The notes: generated by a model not told the origin, from the sequence alone. Positions 44,778 to 55,323 are shown, counted from the stretch's first letter. The stretch: DNA of 64,000 nucleotides from Moorellales bacterium (GCA_049719955.1 JBNARC010000002.1:77626-141625); one strand, 5' to 3'. Made by a program: numbers and translations.

Positions 44778-45818
44778 TTAGCTCAAGTGCCGGGTCGGCA
44801 GCAGCACCCGCTTGAGCACTTCGATGTTCTCTAACACCTTGCCGGTACCCAGGGCCACCGCCGCCAGGGGATTCTCGGCCAGGTTCACCGGCATCCCCGT
44901 CTCCTCCGCCGCCAGGGCGTCCAGCCCCCACAGCAGCGACCCGCCACCGGCCATAACTATCCCGCGGTCCATGATGTCCGCGGCCAGTTCCGGCGGCGTC
45001 TTCTCCAGGCAGGTCTTTATGGCCTCCAGGATGGCCGCAACCGGCTCGGACAGAGCCTGGCTGATTTCCTCGGCGCTCACCTCAATGGTCTTGGGCAAGC
45101 CCGTAACCAGGTCCCGGCCCCGCACCGGGTACACCCGGCGCCGGCGCTCCCGGCTTTGCTCGTCATCGCCGAAATAGGCGGCGCCGATCTCTATCTTGAT
45201 CTCCTCTGCCGTGCGCTCGCCCACCATGAGGTTATAAGCCCGCTTTATATACTGCACGATGGCCTCGTCCATCTCGTCTCCCCCGATGCGGATCGACCGG
45301 CTGGTTACGATCCCGCCCAGGGAAATAACCGCCACCTCGGTGGTGCCGCCGCCGATGTCCACGATCATGCTGCCCATGGGCTCGTGGACCGGCAGCCCCG
45401 CGCCAATGGCCGCGGCCATGGGCTCTTCTATAAGGTAGACTTCCTTGGCTCCGGCCTGCAGGGCCGCCTCGCGCACCGCCCGCTCCTCCACCGCTGTCAC
45501 TCCGGAGGGCACGCCTATCACCACCCGGGGCCGCACCAGTCGGCTTCCGCCCAGGGCCTTGTTAATGAAATAGCGCAGCATGGCATGGGTGGTATCGAAA
45601 TCGGCGATGACTCCGTCTTTCATGGGCCGGATGGCCACGATGCTGCCCGGTGTCCGGCCGATCATGCGCTTGGCCTCTTCCCCCACCGCCAGGATGGTGC
45701 CGGTCTCGCGCTGCAGGGCTACCACCGAGGGCTCGTATAGTACGATTCCCTTGCCGCGAACGTACACCAAACTGTTGGCCGTTCCTAGATCAATCCCCAC
45801 GTCCCTGGCAAAGAGCAT
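44778..45818 (-). CDS. mreB: Actin-like rod shape-determining protein MreB
   Basis: 346 aa. [22 protein letters not shown], full MreB pattern. Confidence 0.95.
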   Translation of the reverse strand: MLFARDVGIDLGTANSLVYVRGKGIVLYEPSVVALQRETGTILAVGEEAKRMIGRTPGSIVAIRPMKDGVIADFDTTHAMLRYFINKALGGSRLVRPRVVIGVPSGVTAVEERAVREAALQAGAKEVYLIEEPMAAAIGAGLPVHEPMGSMIVDIGGGTTEVAVISLGGIVTSRSIRIGGDEMDEAIVQYIKRAYNLMVGERTAEEIKIEIGAAYFGDDEQSRERRRRVYPVRGRDLVTGLPKTIEVSAEEISQALSEPVAAILEAIKTCLEKTPPELAADIMDRGIVMAGGGSLLWGLDALAAEETGMPVNLAENPLAAVALGTGKVLENIEVLKRVLLPTRHLS

Positions 45819-45851
45819 GAAAGCTCTCCTTCCTTATGAAATGCCGCCTCA

Positions 45852-45880
45852 ATTATAGTACAGGCCCCTAGGGGGAGCAA
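45852..45880 (-). promoter_or_regulatory. Sigma-A-type promoter of mreBCD
   Basis: TTGCTC, 17-nt spacer, TATAAT on the minus strand. Confidence 0.55.
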
Positions 45881-45891
45881 GGGAAACATTT

Positions 45892-45910
45892 GGGGAGCAG
45901 CCGGTACCGC
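45892..45910 (-). repeat. Fragment of the repeat closing-stem sequence
   Basis: Minus strand GCGGTACCGGCTGCTCCCC against GCGGTACCGGGTGCTCCCC at 29570. Confidence 0.35.
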
Positions 45911-45946
45911 TTCCGCCCCAAGCCGGGCACACACCGGGACAATTGG

Positions 45947-46786
45947 CTATGCGTTAAGCAACCCCTGCTCCTTGAAGCTCACGTAGCGGCCGTCCCCTAT
46001 CACCAGGTGATCCAGCACGGCAATACCCAGTATGTTACCCGCCTGCACCAGCCGCCTGGTTACCTCTATGTCCTCGGCGCTGGGGGTGGGATCGCCGCTG
46101 GGATGGTTATGTATCAGGATCACCGAGGCGGCGCTGTGCATTACCGCCCGCTTGAACACCTCCCGGGGGTGCACCAGAGAGGAATTGAGGCTGCCTACGG
46201 AGATGGTGTCCAAATACAGCACCCGGTTCTTGGTGTTAAGGGAAAGGGTGCGGAAGTGCTCCCGGTCCAGGTAGCGCATCTCCTCCATCACCAGCTCCGC
46301 CACCTCGGCCGGAGAGCGGATGACCGGCCGACTGCTGGGAGCGGTCTGGGCCAATCGCCGGCCCAACTCCACCGCCGCCTTCACCTGCGCCGCCTTGGCC
46401 GGCCCCATACCTTTTACCGCCGCCAACTCCGCCAGGCCGGCCCGGGCCAGATACTCCCGACCCCGGGGCTGGGCCAAGAGCCTGTGGGCCAGTTCCAGAG
46501 CGCTCTCTTCCGCCCAACCGGTGCGCAAGATTATTGCCAGCAGTTCGGCGTCGGAGAGCGCCTCCGGGCCCAGTCGGGCCAAGCGCTCCCGGGGCCGCAC
46601 CTCCTCCGGCAGAGACTTGATGCCCACCCGGTAGCTTGGCGGTGCTTCCGGCGGCACCGGGGCCCGGCCGGGGTCTACTGGCCCGGGCGTCAAGGCCGCC
46701 CTCTCCTCCACCCGTCCGTCTTCCTTAATCTTGCGCCTACGGCCGGTCTTCCCGCCCGAACCGCCGGACTCTTGTCTACCAGCCAC
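45947..46786 (-). CDS. radC: RadC-family JAB-domain protein
   Basis: 279 aa. RPRERLARLGPEALSDAELLAIILRTG and HNHPSGDPTPS motifs. Arg/Gly-rich N-terminal extension makes the start uncertain. Confidence 0.85.
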   Translation of the reverse strand: MAGRQESGGSGGKTGRRRKIKEDGRVEERAALTPGPVDPGRAPVPPEAPPSYRVGIKSLPEEVRPRERLARLGPEALSDAELLAIILRTGWAEESALELAHRLLAQPRGREYLARAGLAELAAVKGMGPAKAAQVKAAVELGRRLAQTAPSSRPVIRSPAEVAELVMEEMRYLDREHFRTLSLNTKNRVLYLDTISVGSLNSSLVHPREVFKRAVMHSAASVILIHNHPSGDPTPSAEDIEVTRRLVQAGNILGIAVLDHLVIGDGRYVSFKEQGLLNA

Positions 46787-46863
46787 CTTTCTCCCCCCAG
46801 CCAGGTTATCCCTATCTCCCTTGGGTCAAGTTACCCCCACTTCGAAGGCGACTTGGGTTGACT

Positions 46864-47074
46864 GGCGGTACCGGGTCTCGCCTGAGTACATTGGCAACTC
46901 GCCGGGCACCGAACTTGGCGAGGCCGAGCGCGAAGGCGGGCCGGAGGCCACGGACGGCCGCAGCCGAGGAGCGCCATGGACGGCGCTTCCGAGGGGAGCC
47001 CGCCGTAGCGCGAAGGCTGAGCCCTAGTTTGGTCGGCGAGGTGACAGTACGAACGGCGAGCACCCGGTACCGCC
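46864..47074 (+). repeat. Full-length structured palindromic repeat, copy A (211 nt)
   Basis: Closing stem GGCGGTACCGGGTCTCGCC / GGCGAGCACCCGGTACCGCC. Paired arms and two apical hairpins with loops ACGGAC and ATGGAC. Confidence 0.85.
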
Positions 47075-47117
47075 CGTGGGAAGGTAGGATTACGTCAGCC
47101 CTTGAGGCCCTTTGTCG

Positions 47118-47705
47118 CTATCCCAGCACCCTTACCCCGAAAAAGGAGAGCATGTCCGCCAGTCGCGCCAGCGGCAGCCCCACCACGTTGAAATAACACC
47201 CTTCCAGGCGACGGACCAGGACCGCTCCCAGTCCCTGAACCGCGTAGGCCCCGGCTTTGTCCAAAGGCTCGCCGCTGGCCACGTAGGCTTCAATCTCCTC
47301 GGGAGTAAGCTCGCGAAAGATAACCTCGGTCTCCTCGTGGTCCACCAGCGCCTCTCCCCGCGAGACGTTCACCACGGCCACTCCGGTGAGCACCCGGTGC
47401 CGGGCGCCGCTCAGCCGCCGCAGCATGGCCCTGGCTTCCCCGGGGCCGGAGGGTTTACCCAGTATCTCCTCGCCCAGCACCACTACCGTATCGGCGCCGA
47501 TCACCAATCCCTCGGTTAGATCGCGGGCCACCTGCTGCGCTTTCCCCAGGGCCAGGGACCTCACCGCGGCCGCGGGATCTCCCCGGGGCGGCGCCTCCTC
47601 TACCTGACTGGGAATCACCTCAAAAGGCAGGCCCAACTGCGCCAGCAGCATCCGGCGGCGGGGAGAGGCGGACGCCAGATAGATGGGAAGAGGAGTAAAG
47701 GCCAC
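47118..47705 (-). CDS. maf: Maf-family nucleoside triphosphate pyrophosphatase
   Basis: Start set at GTG 47705 (GGTAGGAGGTGG SD overlapping the rex stop). LASASPRRRMLLAQLGLPFEV signature. Confidence 0.88.
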   Translation of the reverse strand: MAFTPLPIYLASASPRRRMLLAQLGLPFEVIPSQVEEAPPRGDPAAAVRSLALGKAQQVARDLTEGLVIGADTVVVLGEEILGKPSGPGEARAMLRRLSGARHRVLTGVAVVNVSRGEALVDHEETEVIFRELTPEEIEAYVASGEPLDKAGAYAVQGLGAVLVRRLEGCYFNVVGLPLARLADMLSFFGVRVLG

Positions 47706-47719
47706 CCCAAGACCACCTC

Positions 47720-48415
47720 CTACCGCGGCGGATTGGGCAAGCCGCCGGACAGACTCGGTTCCTCCTCCCATCCCCCGGCTGCTCCCGCCCGCCAGGTAAG
47801 ATTGAAGCTCAAAACCTCCAGGTGCACCGAAAGATCCACGTTGCGTACCCTCACTCGCTCCGGAACGTTTATGAACTGGGGAGCGAAATTGAGTATCCCT
47901 TGTATTCCTGCCTCCACCAGGAGGTCGGCCACCGGCTGCGCCTGATCCGCAGGAACGCAGATGATGCCGATCCGGGCTCCCACCGCCCGAACCACCTCGG
48001 GCAACCTCTCCACCGCGTAGACCGGTATGCCGTTCAGGCTACGGCCGATCTTGTTGGGATCCCGGTCAAACACCGCCCGGATGATGAACCCCCGCCGGGC
48101 AAAGCCCCGATAGGAAACCAGCGCGGCACCCAGGTTGCCGGCTCCCACCAACACCACCGACCATACGTCGGACAGGCCCAGGATTTTCAAAATCTCCTCG
48201 TTTAGGGCTCTTACGCTGTAACCCACTCCCCGGGTGCCGAACTCTCCAAAGTAGGCCAGGTCTTTGCGCACCTGGGCGGCGCTAACGCCCACCGCCTGGG
48301 CGATCTCGCCGGAAGAAACGGTAGCTACGCCCTGCTGCTCGAGCTGGGCCAGATACCGGGAGTAGATGGATAGTCGCACCACGGTGGCCTCGGGTACTCT
48401 TGGGGTCTTCACCAC
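47720..48415 (-). CDS. rex: Redox-sensing transcriptional repressor Rex
   Basis: 231 aa. TVVRLSIYSRYL, VRKDLAYFGEFGTRGVGY, Rossmann VLVGAGNLG. Confidence 0.92.
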   Translation of the reverse strand: MVKTPRVPEATVVRLSIYSRYLAQLEQQGVATVSSGEIAQAVGVSAAQVRKDLAYFGEFGTRGVGYSVRALNEEILKILGLSDVWSVVLVGAGNLGAALVSYRGFARRGFIIRAVFDRDPNKIGRSLNGIPVYAVERLPEVVRAVGARIGIICVPADQAQPVADLLVEAGIQGILNFAPQFINVPERVRVRNVDLSVHLEVLSFNLTWRAGAAGGWEEEPSLSGGLPNPPR

Positions 48416-48489
48416 GCCTCGTCCCTCCTGGCAACAGAGCCGTTACTGTCAAGCCTACCGGCCATGAAACGTATTCCAAGCTTCCCCTA

Positions 48490-48564
48490 GGCGGTACCGG
48501 GTGCTCCCTTTCGTACTGTCACCTCGCCGACGATACTTGCGCTCGGCCTGCACCCGGTACCGCC
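48490..48564 (-). repeat. Short-form repeat copy (75 nt) with intact closing stem
   Basis: GGCGGTACCGGGTGC...GCACCCGGTACCGCC encloses TTCGTACTGTCACCTCGCCGACGATACTTGCGCTCGG. Confidence 0.75.
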
Positions 48565-48590
48565 AGAGCCAACTCAAGGCCGGGGATAAC

Positions 48591-49943
48591 TCAGCTACCG
48601 GCCCCCACACCATCGTCCCGGAGCGCGGCTCCCGGTGCCCATCGCTCCATACGCGCCCGGGCCTCACCCACCAGATAGAAAGAACCGGTAACCAGCACCA
48701 TATCCTCTTCCCCGGCCAGGCCTAACGCCCGATCCAGGGCGGCGTCCAAATCCGCCTCGGCGTACACCGCGCCCACGTGCCTGGCCGCCATACTCGCCAC
48801 CTTTTCCCAATCCCCCGCCCGGGGACTGAGGGGGCGGGTGACCACCACCGCCGCCGCCAAAGGGGCCAAAAGATCCATTATCGCCTCCCTCTCCTTGTCG
48901 GCCAGAAGCCCCACCACCAGGATGATCCGGCGAAAGGCCAGCCGCTCCACCGCCGCCCGCAGGGCCCGGGCGGCGTCCCGATTATGGGCGGCATCGAACG
49001 CCAGGAGCGGGCGGGTGGGCCAAAGCTCCAGCCGGGCCGGCCAGCTCACCCGGGCCAGACCCTCGCGCACCGCCTCCGGCCCGAGCTCAAGCCCCCGGAA
49101 GCGGGCCAGTACTTCGGCCGCCAACACGGCGGTAGCGGCGTTCGCCAGTTGGTGCGGTCCCAACAGAGGCAAGAAGAGTTCGGGATATTCCCGCCCCATC
49201 ACCGTGAGGTCGAAGCGCTGGCCCCGGGTATCCGCTTCCCGGGGCCGGATTTGGGTTTCTTCCTGCACCACGAAAAGCCGGGCCTCTACCTCCCGGCAAC
49301 GTTCTCTGACCGCCTCCAGGGCCTCCCCTTCGGCGGCGGTGACCGCGAAGCCGCCGGGCTTTATTATCCCCGCCTTGGTCCGGGCGATGGCCTCCAGGGT
49401 GCGGCCCAGGTGCTCCATGTGATCCCAACCCACGTTGGTGATCACGCTCACCAGGGGCATAGGGACGGCGTTGGTGGCGTCGTGCTCCCCGCCCATCCCT
49501 ACCTCCATTACCGCCACCTCTACCCCTTGCTCCCGGAAGCCCGCCCAGGCCATGGCGGTGAGCACCTCAAACTCCGTGGGCTCCTCGCCCCGTTCCGCCG
49601 CCAGCCCGGCCACCGCCGGCCGTACCGCTTCCACCAGCCGGGCGAACTCCTCGGGATTTATGGGTCGGCCGTCAATGCGGAAGCGTTCGGTGTAGGAAAC
49701 CAAATGAGGGGAAGTAAAAAGGCCGGTGCGGTAACCGGCCGCTTGCAGTATGCTGGCCAGCATGGCCGCCGTAGACCCCTTGCCGTTAGTGCCCCCCACG
49801 TGAACCACCGGCAGGTCCAGATGGGGATTACCCAGCCGCTCCAGTAGATCCCGGATGCGGTCCAGCCCCAGGTGGATGCCCAGGCGCAGGTAGCTTTCCA
49901 AATAGGCGACGGCTTCTCGGTAGTCCAAGGTTGCTCTCCCCAA
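48591..49943 (-). CDS. folC: Folylpolyglutamate synthase / dihydrofolate synthase
   Basis: 450 aa. VHVGGTNGKGST P-loop and Mur-ligase pattern. Confidence 0.9.
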   Translation of the reverse strand: MGRATLDYREAVAYLESYLRLGIHLGLDRIRDLLERLGNPHLDLPVVHVGGTNGKGSTAAMLASILQAAGYRTGLFTSPHLVSYTERFRIDGRPINPEEFARLVEAVRPAVAGLAAERGEEPTEFEVLTAMAWAGFREQGVEVAVMEVGMGGEHDATNAVPMPLVSVITNVGWDHMEHLGRTLEAIARTKAGIIKPGGFAVTAAEGEALEAVRERCREVEARLFVVQEETQIRPREADTRGQRFDLTVMGREYPELFLPLLGPHQLANAATAVLAAEVLARFRGLELGPEAVREGLARVSWPARLELWPTRPLLAFDAAHNRDAARALRAAVERLAFRRIILVVGLLADKEREAIMDLLAPLAAAVVVTRPLSPRAGDWEKVASMAARHVGAVYAEADLDAALDRALGLAGEEDMVLVTGSFYLVGEARARMERWAPGAALRDDGVGAGS

Positions 49944-49950
49944 TCCCCGC

Positions 49951-52581
49951 CTAGGCCAGGGCCGCCAGCCGCTCGGTAAGTGCCTTCTCTTTGGCCGCCA
50001 GCTCCTCCGCCCGCTTCTTCTCCCGGACCACTACTTCCTCCGGCGCCCGGGAGAGAAAATCCGGGTTGGCCAATTTTTGCCGGGTGCGCGCCAGTTCCCG
50101 GCTCACCGCGGCCAACTCCTTGCCCAAGCGCTCCCGCTCGCGGTCGAAGTCGATCAGACCGGCCAGGGGCACGAATATTTGCACCCCGGGGGCCACCGCG
50201 CCGGCCGCCTGCCGGGGGGGCTCCATCTGGGCCCGCACCTCAATGGGCTCGGCCTGGGCCAGCCGCCTAATAAGCTCCCGGCCCTCCTCCAGAAGGGACC
50301 GGGTGGCGGCCGCCTCCGCCACCAGGTAAACCGGCACGCTCTGGGCCGGGGGCAGGCGCATTTCCCCCCGCAGGTTGCGGATGCCCCGGATCACTTCCAT
50401 TAACAGTTGCACCGCCTCTTCCGCCTGAGGATCGGTCCGGCCGGTAGGCACCGGCCAGTCCGCCAGCATCAGGCTGCCCTCGCTGCCGGGAAGATAATTC
50501 CAGATCTCCTCGGTGATGAAGGGCATGAAGGGGTGCAACAGCTTCATAAGCTCGCGCAACACCTGCAGCAGCACCCGCTGCGCGGTGCGCCGCCGGGCCG
50601 GATCCTCTCCGTACAGCCGGAGCTTAGCCATTTCCAGGTACCAGTCGCAGAACTCGCTCCAGGTGAACTCGTACAGTACCCGCGCCGCCTCCCCTAATTC
50701 GTAGGCCTCCAGATACTCGGTAACCTCGCCGGTCACCGCCTCCAGCCGGCTTAGGATCCAGCGGTCGGGGAGTTCCTCCGGCGCCGAAGGGCCGGCTTCC
50801 TGGAAGTCTTCCAGGTTCATAAGGGTGAAACGGGCGGCGTTCCAAATCTTGTTGGCGAAGTTGCGGGCCGCCTCCACCCGTTCCCAGTTGAACCGCAGGT
50901 CGTTACCCGGAGTGTTGTTGGTCACCAGCATGAAACGCAGGCTGTCGGCGCCGTAGCGCTCGATAACCTCCACCGGGTCCACGCCGTTACCCAGGGACTT
51001 GCTCATCTTGCGGCCCTGGGCATCCCGCACCAGGCCGTGGATGAACACCTCCCGGAAGGGCACCTCGCCCATGAACTCCAGGCCCATGAAGATCATCCGC
51101 GCCACCCAGAAGAAAAGGATGTCCCGGCCGGTGACCAGGACCGAGGTGGGATAAAAGCGGGAAAGCTCCAGCGTGGCCTCGGGCCATCCCAGGGTGGAGA
51201 AGGGCCACAGGGCGGAGCTGAACCAGGTGTCCAAAACGTCCTCGTCCTGCCGGAGATTCTTGCTGCCGCAGGCCGGGCAGCAATCGGGGTCCTCGCGCCG
51301 GCATATGGTGTGGCCGCAGTCCTGGCAGTACCACACCGGAATGCGGTGGCCCCACCACAACTGCCGCGAGATGCACCAGTCCCGGATACCGTCCAGCCAA
51401 TTAAGGAAGATTTTCGTGAACCGCTCGGGAACGAACCGCACCCGGCCCTCCAGGGCGGCGCGGCGGGCGGGCTCGGCCAGGGGCTCCATGCGCACGAACC
51501 ACTGCTCGGAAACCAGGGGCTCGATCACCGTGCCGCAGCGGTAACACCGGCCCACGCTGTGGCGGTAGGGTTCCTGCCGCAGCAACAGGCCCCGGGCGGC
51601 CAAATCCCTTACCACCGCCTCCCGGGCCTGGTAGCGGTCCATTCCCGCATAGGCCCCGGCGGCCGCGGTCATGCGCGCCTCCCGGTCGATAACCTCTACC
51701 TGCTCCAAGCCGTGACGCTGCCCGATCTCGAAGTCGTTGGGGTCGTGGGCGGGGGTGATCTTCACCGCTCCGGAGCCGAAGGCCGGGTCCACGTAGGCGT
51801 CGGCAATGATGGGTATGGGCCGTTCCGCCAGGGGCAGCATGACCCGCCGGCCCACCAGGTGCTGATAGCGCAAGTCTTCCGGATGCACGGCCACGGCGGT
51901 GTCGCCCAGCATGGTTTCCGGCCGCGTGGTGGCCACGATGATGTGCCCCTTGCCGTCTACCAGGGGGTAAAGTATATGCCAAAGGAAGCCGTCCTCTTCC
52001 TCGTGCTCCACTTCGATGTCCGAGATCACCGTGTGGCACTTGGGGCACCAGTTGATCATATAGTTGCCCCGGTAGATGAGGCCCTTTTCGTACAGGCGCA
52101 CGAAAACCTCCCGCACCGCCCGGGAGCAGCCCTCGTCCATGGTGAAGCGCTCCCGGCTCCAGTCGCAGGAAGCCCCCAGCAGGCGCAGCTGCTCGGTAAT
52201 GCGCCGGCCGTACTTTTCCTTCCAGTCCCACACCCGGGCCAGGAACGCCTCCCGTCCCAGGTCGTAGCGGCTTAAGCCCTCCTTGGCCAACTCCTCCTCC
52301 ACCCGGGCCTGGGTGGCGATACCGGCGTGGTCGGTGCCGGGAAGCCAAAGGGCGTTATACCCCTGCATGCGGCGCCAGCGGGTGAGGATGTCCTGCAGGG
52401 TTTCGTCCAGGGCATGTCCCAGGTGCAGGGAGCCGGTGACGTTGGGCGGGGGCATGACGATGCTGAAAGGGGGAGCGGAGCCGTCGGCCGAAGCCCGGAA
52501 AAAGCCCGACTGCTCCCAGTGCGCGTACCACTTCTTCTCTACGGCCCGGTGATCGTAGGTGGAAGGCAGGTTCTTGGGCAC
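49951..52581 (-). CDS. valS: Valine--tRNA ligase
   Basis: HIGH (SLHLGHAL) and KMSKS motifs. Start set at GTG 52581 (AAGGAGGA SD), giving (M)PKNLPSTYD... Confidence 0.95.
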   Translation of the reverse strand: MPKNLPSTYDHRAVEKKWYAHWEQSGFFRASADGSAPPFSIVMPPPNVTGSLHLGHALDETLQDILTRWRRMQGYNALWLPGTDHAGIATQARVEEELAKEGLSRYDLGREAFLARVWDWKEKYGRRITEQLRLLGASCDWSRERFTMDEGCSRAVREVFVRLYEKGLIYRGNYMINWCPKCHTVISDIEVEHEEEDGFLWHILYPLVDGKGHIIVATTRPETMLGDTAVAVHPEDLRYQHLVGRRVMLPLAERPIPIIADAYVDPAFGSGAVKITPAHDPNDFEIGQRHGLEQVEVIDREARMTAAAGAYAGMDRYQAREAVVRDLAARGLLLRQEPYRHSVGRCYRCGTVIEPLVSEQWFVRMEPLAEPARRAALEGRVRFVPERFTKIFLNWLDGIRDWCISRQLWWGHRIPVWYCQDCGHTICRREDPDCCPACGSKNLRQDEDVLDTWFSSALWPFSTLGWPEATLELSRFYPTSVLVTGRDILFFWVARMIFMGLEFMGEVPFREVFIHGLVRDAQGRKMSKSLGNGVDPVEVIERYGADSLRFMLVTNNTPGNDLRFNWERVEAARNFANKIWNAARFTLMNLEDFQEAGPSAPEELPDRWILSRLEAVTGEVTEYLEAYELGEAARVLYEFTWSEFCDWYLEMAKLRLYGEDPARRRTAQRVLLQVLRELMKLLHPFMPFITEEIWNYLPGSEGSLMLADWPVPTGRTDPQAEEAVQLLMEVIRGIRNLRGEMRLPPAQSVPVYLVAEAAATRSLLEEGRELIRRLAQAEPIEVRAQMEPPRQAAGAVAPGVQIFVPLAGLIDFDRERERLGKELAAVSRELARTRQKLANPDFLSRAPEEVVVREKKRAEELAAKEKALTERLAALA

Positions 52582-52655
52582 GTACGCGTCCTCCTTAAAG
52601 AAAACTCCTTGCATCCGCAGGGGATGAAGGAGCGGATTGGCACCTTCACGGCTTC

Positions 52656-52684
52656 ATCTTAATGAGCCGCCCGGCCAAAGTCAA
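52656..52684 (-). promoter_or_regulatory. Sigma-A-type promoter of valS-folC
   Basis: TTGACT, 17-nt spacer, TAAGAT on the minus strand. Confidence 0.55.
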
Positions 52685-52690
52685 GACTTA

Positions 52691-52734
52691 AGCTCGGCAC
52701 CCGGCGAGCTGCCAATGTACTCAGGAGAGCACCC
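52691..52734 (-). repeat. Half-copy of the repeat family between lon and the valS promoter
   Basis: AGCTCGGCACCCGGCGAGCTGCCAATGTACTCAGGAGAGCACCC matches the GAGTACATTGG arm. Confidence 0.6.
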
Positions 52735-52766
52735 ATGCCTGCCCGCAAACCCGAGCCAGCGACAAC

Positions 52767-55109
52767 TCAGGCCGACGACCGGCCGTTCACCAGGGCGTGG
52801 GGCAGCACCTCGTCCATGTGCCCCACCAGGATGAACTGCATCTTGCGCCGGATGTTGGCCGGGATCTCCTCCAGGTTCTTCTCGTTCTCCCGGGGCAGGA
52901 TTACGGTCTTAATCCCCGCCCGGTGCGCGGCCAGCACCTTCTCCTTAATGCCCCCCACCGGCAGCACCCGGCCGCGCAGGGTGATCTCTCCGGTCATGGC
53001 CACGTCGCGGCGCACCGGCTGGTTGGTCAGGGAAGAGGCCAGGGCCGTGGCCATGGTTATTCCCGCACTGGGCCCGTCCTTGGGGATGGCCCCCTCGGGC
53101 ACGTGGATGTGGAGGTCATACTTCTCGTAGAAATCCTCGGGAATGCCCAGCTCCTGAGCTTTAGAGCGGATGTAGCTAAACCCTGCCTGGGCGGATTCCC
53201 GCATCACCTCGCCCAGCTTGCCGGTAAGGGTGAGGTTACCCTTGCCCTTCACCACCGTGGCCTCCACGCTCAGCACTTCCCCGCCGTTCTCGGTCCAGGC
53301 CAGGCCCGTGGCCACCCCTACCTGGTTCTCTTCGTCAATGACTCCGTAGCGGTAGCGGGGTATGCCCAGCCAGTGGGGCAGGCTCTGGCTGCTCACCTTA
53401 ACGCTTTGCGCCTTACCGGTCACGATATCCCGGGCCACTTTCCGGCAGATGGTGGCTATCTGCCGCTCTAGATTCCGCACCCCCGCCTCCCGGGTGTACT
53501 CCCGGATTATGCGTCGGATGGCGTTCTCGGAGAGGCTGAGCTGCTTGGGCTTAAGCCCGTGCTCCTTGAGCTGGCGGGGCAGAAGGTGGCGGAGCGCAAT
53601 CTGCACCTTCTCCTCCTCGGTGTAGCCCGAGATGGTGATTACTTCCATCCGGTCCAGAAGCGGCCGGGGAATGGTATGCACCACGTTGGCGGTGGTGATG
53701 AAGAACACCTTGGAAAGATCAAAGGGCGATTCTATATAATGATCGCTGAAAGCGTGGTTCTGCTCCGGGTCCAGCACCTCCAGCAGCGCCGAGGTGGGGT
53801 CGCCCCGGAAGTCCATGCCCACCTTGTCGATCTCGTCCAGAAGGAACACCGGGTTCTTGGTGCCCGCCTGCTTCATGCCCTGGATGATGCGTCCGGGCAG
53901 GGCCCCCACGTAGGTGCGGCGGTGCCCCCGGATCTCGGCCTCGTCCCGAATGCCCCCCAGGGAGATGCGCACAAATTTCCGGCCCATGGCCCGGGCGATG
54001 GACTTGGCCAGCGAGGTCTTGCCCACCCCGGGCGGTCCTACAAAGCACAGGATGGGGCCCTTCATCTTCCGGGCCAGCTTGCGGATGGCCAGGTACTCCA
54101 GGATGCGGTCCTTAACCTCTTTCAGCCCGTAGTGGTCCTCATCCAGAATCTTCTCCGCCAGGGCCACGTCCAGCCGGTCCCTGGTCTGCTCGGCCCAAGG
54201 CAGGGACAGGAGCCAGTCCAGGTAGTTACGCACCACCGTGGCTTCGGCCACCATGGGCGGCATCTTTTCCAGCCGCTCTACTTCCTTAAGCGCCTTCTCC
54301 CGCACCTCTTTGGGCAGCCGGGCCTTGTCGATGCGCTCCCTAAGCTCCTCCACTTCCGCCGCCCGCTCGTCCTTCTCGCCCAGCTCCTTCTGGATGGCCT
54401 TTATCTGCTCCCGCAGGTAGTACTCCTTCTGGGTCTTTTCCATCTGCTTGCGCACCCGCTGGTTGATGCGCCGCTCCAGCTCCAGAATCTCCATCTCCTG
54501 GGCCAGAATGCGCAGCAAGAGCTCCAGCCTCTCCTTGACCTCCAGGGCCTCCAGCAGGGCCTGCTTGTCGGCCAGCTTAAGGTTCAGGTGGGCGGCGATG
54601 GCGTCCGCCAGCCGGCCGGGGTCGTCCAGGTTGGAAACCGTAACCACCGTCTCCGGCGGGATCTTCTTGCTGTTCTTCACGTACTCCTCAAATTGGTCCA
54701 GCAACGCCCGCACCAGGGCGTCTATCTCTACGTCCCGCTCCACCGGCGGCGAGCTTACCTGCACCTCCACCTCGAGATAAGGCTCCAGGCGCAGGAACCG
54801 CAAGATCACCCCTCGGGCCAATCCTTCCACCAGAATGCGGATGGTGCCTCCCGGCAGCTTCAGGAGTTGCTTAATCTCCGCCACCGTACCCACGGCGAAG
54901 ATGTCGCCCTCTCCGGGGTCGTCCGTCTCCGCCTCTTTCTGCATGGCCAGAAGTATGCGCCGGTCCTCCAGCATGGCCTGGTCAATAGCCGCCACCGACT
55001 TCTCCCGGCCCACGTCCAGGTGCACCACCATATGGGGGAACACCGCCACTCCCCGCAGGGGGAGCAAGGGTATGGTCCGTATCTCGCTGCCGCGTGGAAC
55101 CCGTAGCAT
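52767..55109 (-). CDS. lon: ATP-dependent protease LonA
   Basis: 780 aa. N-domain [18 protein letters not shown]+ GPPGVGKTS, protease DGPSAGITM. Confidence 0.95.
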   Translation of the reverse strand: MLRVPRGSEIRTIPLLPLRGVAVFPHMVVHLDVGREKSVAAIDQAMLEDRRILLAMQKEAETDDPGEGDIFAVGTVAEIKQLLKLPGGTIRILVEGLARGVILRFLRLEPYLEVEVQVSSPPVERDVEIDALVRALLDQFEEYVKNSKKIPPETVVTVSNLDDPGRLADAIAAHLNLKLADKQALLEALEVKERLELLLRILAQEMEILELERRINQRVRKQMEKTQKEYYLREQIKAIQKELGEKDERAAEVEELRERIDKARLPKEVREKALKEVERLEKMPPMVAEATVVRNYLDWLLSLPWAEQTRDRLDVALAEKILDEDHYGLKEVKDRILEYLAIRKLARKMKGPILCFVGPPGVGKTSLAKSIARAMGRKFVRISLGGIRDEAEIRGHRRTYVGALPGRIIQGMKQAGTKNPVFLLDEIDKVGMDFRGDPTSALLEVLDPEQNHAFSDHYIESPFDLSKVFFITTANVVHTIPRPLLDRMEVITISGYTEEEKVQIALRHLLPRQLKEHGLKPKQLSLSENAIRRIIREYTREAGVRNLERQIATICRKVARDIVTGKAQSVKVSSQSLPHWLGIPRYRYGVIDEENQVGVATGLAWTENGGEVLSVEATVVKGKGNLTLTGKLGEVMRESAQAGFSYIRSKAQELGIPEDFYEKYDLHIHVPEGAIPKDGPSAGITMATALASSLTNQPVRRDVAMTGEITLRGRVLPVGGIKEKVLAAHRAGIKTVILPRENEKNLEEIPANIRRKMQFILVGHMDEVLPHALVNGRSSA

Positions 55110-55240
55110 GCCCTTTCACCCCTTTTCGGCCCGCAAATCCTACGTTTATTCTACGCCATTTATCAAGGCTGCTGCAAGCCCGCCCGGCGCTGACATAATA
55201 GGTAAAGGCCCGGCCATTATACCCCCGCCAGGTAGGGTTC

Positions 55241-55277
55241 TTGACATTAAGTAAGCTAGGCCTTAAGCTCTACTTAA
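55241..55277 (+). promoter_or_regulatory. Promoter and inverted-repeat operator of the orphan antitoxin gene
   Basis: TTGACA, 17-nt spacer, TAAGCT. Inverted repeat TTAAGTA (55247-55253) / TACTTAA (55271-55277), plus two CTTAAG palindromes. Confidence 0.4.
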
Positions 55278-55323
55278 GGGTACACATTAAGGTCTGGGAA
55301 TTGCTGAGAAGGGGAGAAGGAAT

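Noticed and set aside
48490-48564. The GGCGGTACCGGGTG core of the repeats resembles the T-box sequence (GGTGGTACCGCG), raising the possibility of T-box leaders.
   Set aside because: There is no specifier loop or antiterminator/terminator pair. The copies are not upstream of aminoacyl-tRNA synthetase or amino-acid genes. The valS leader (52582-52655) is too short and lacks the motif.
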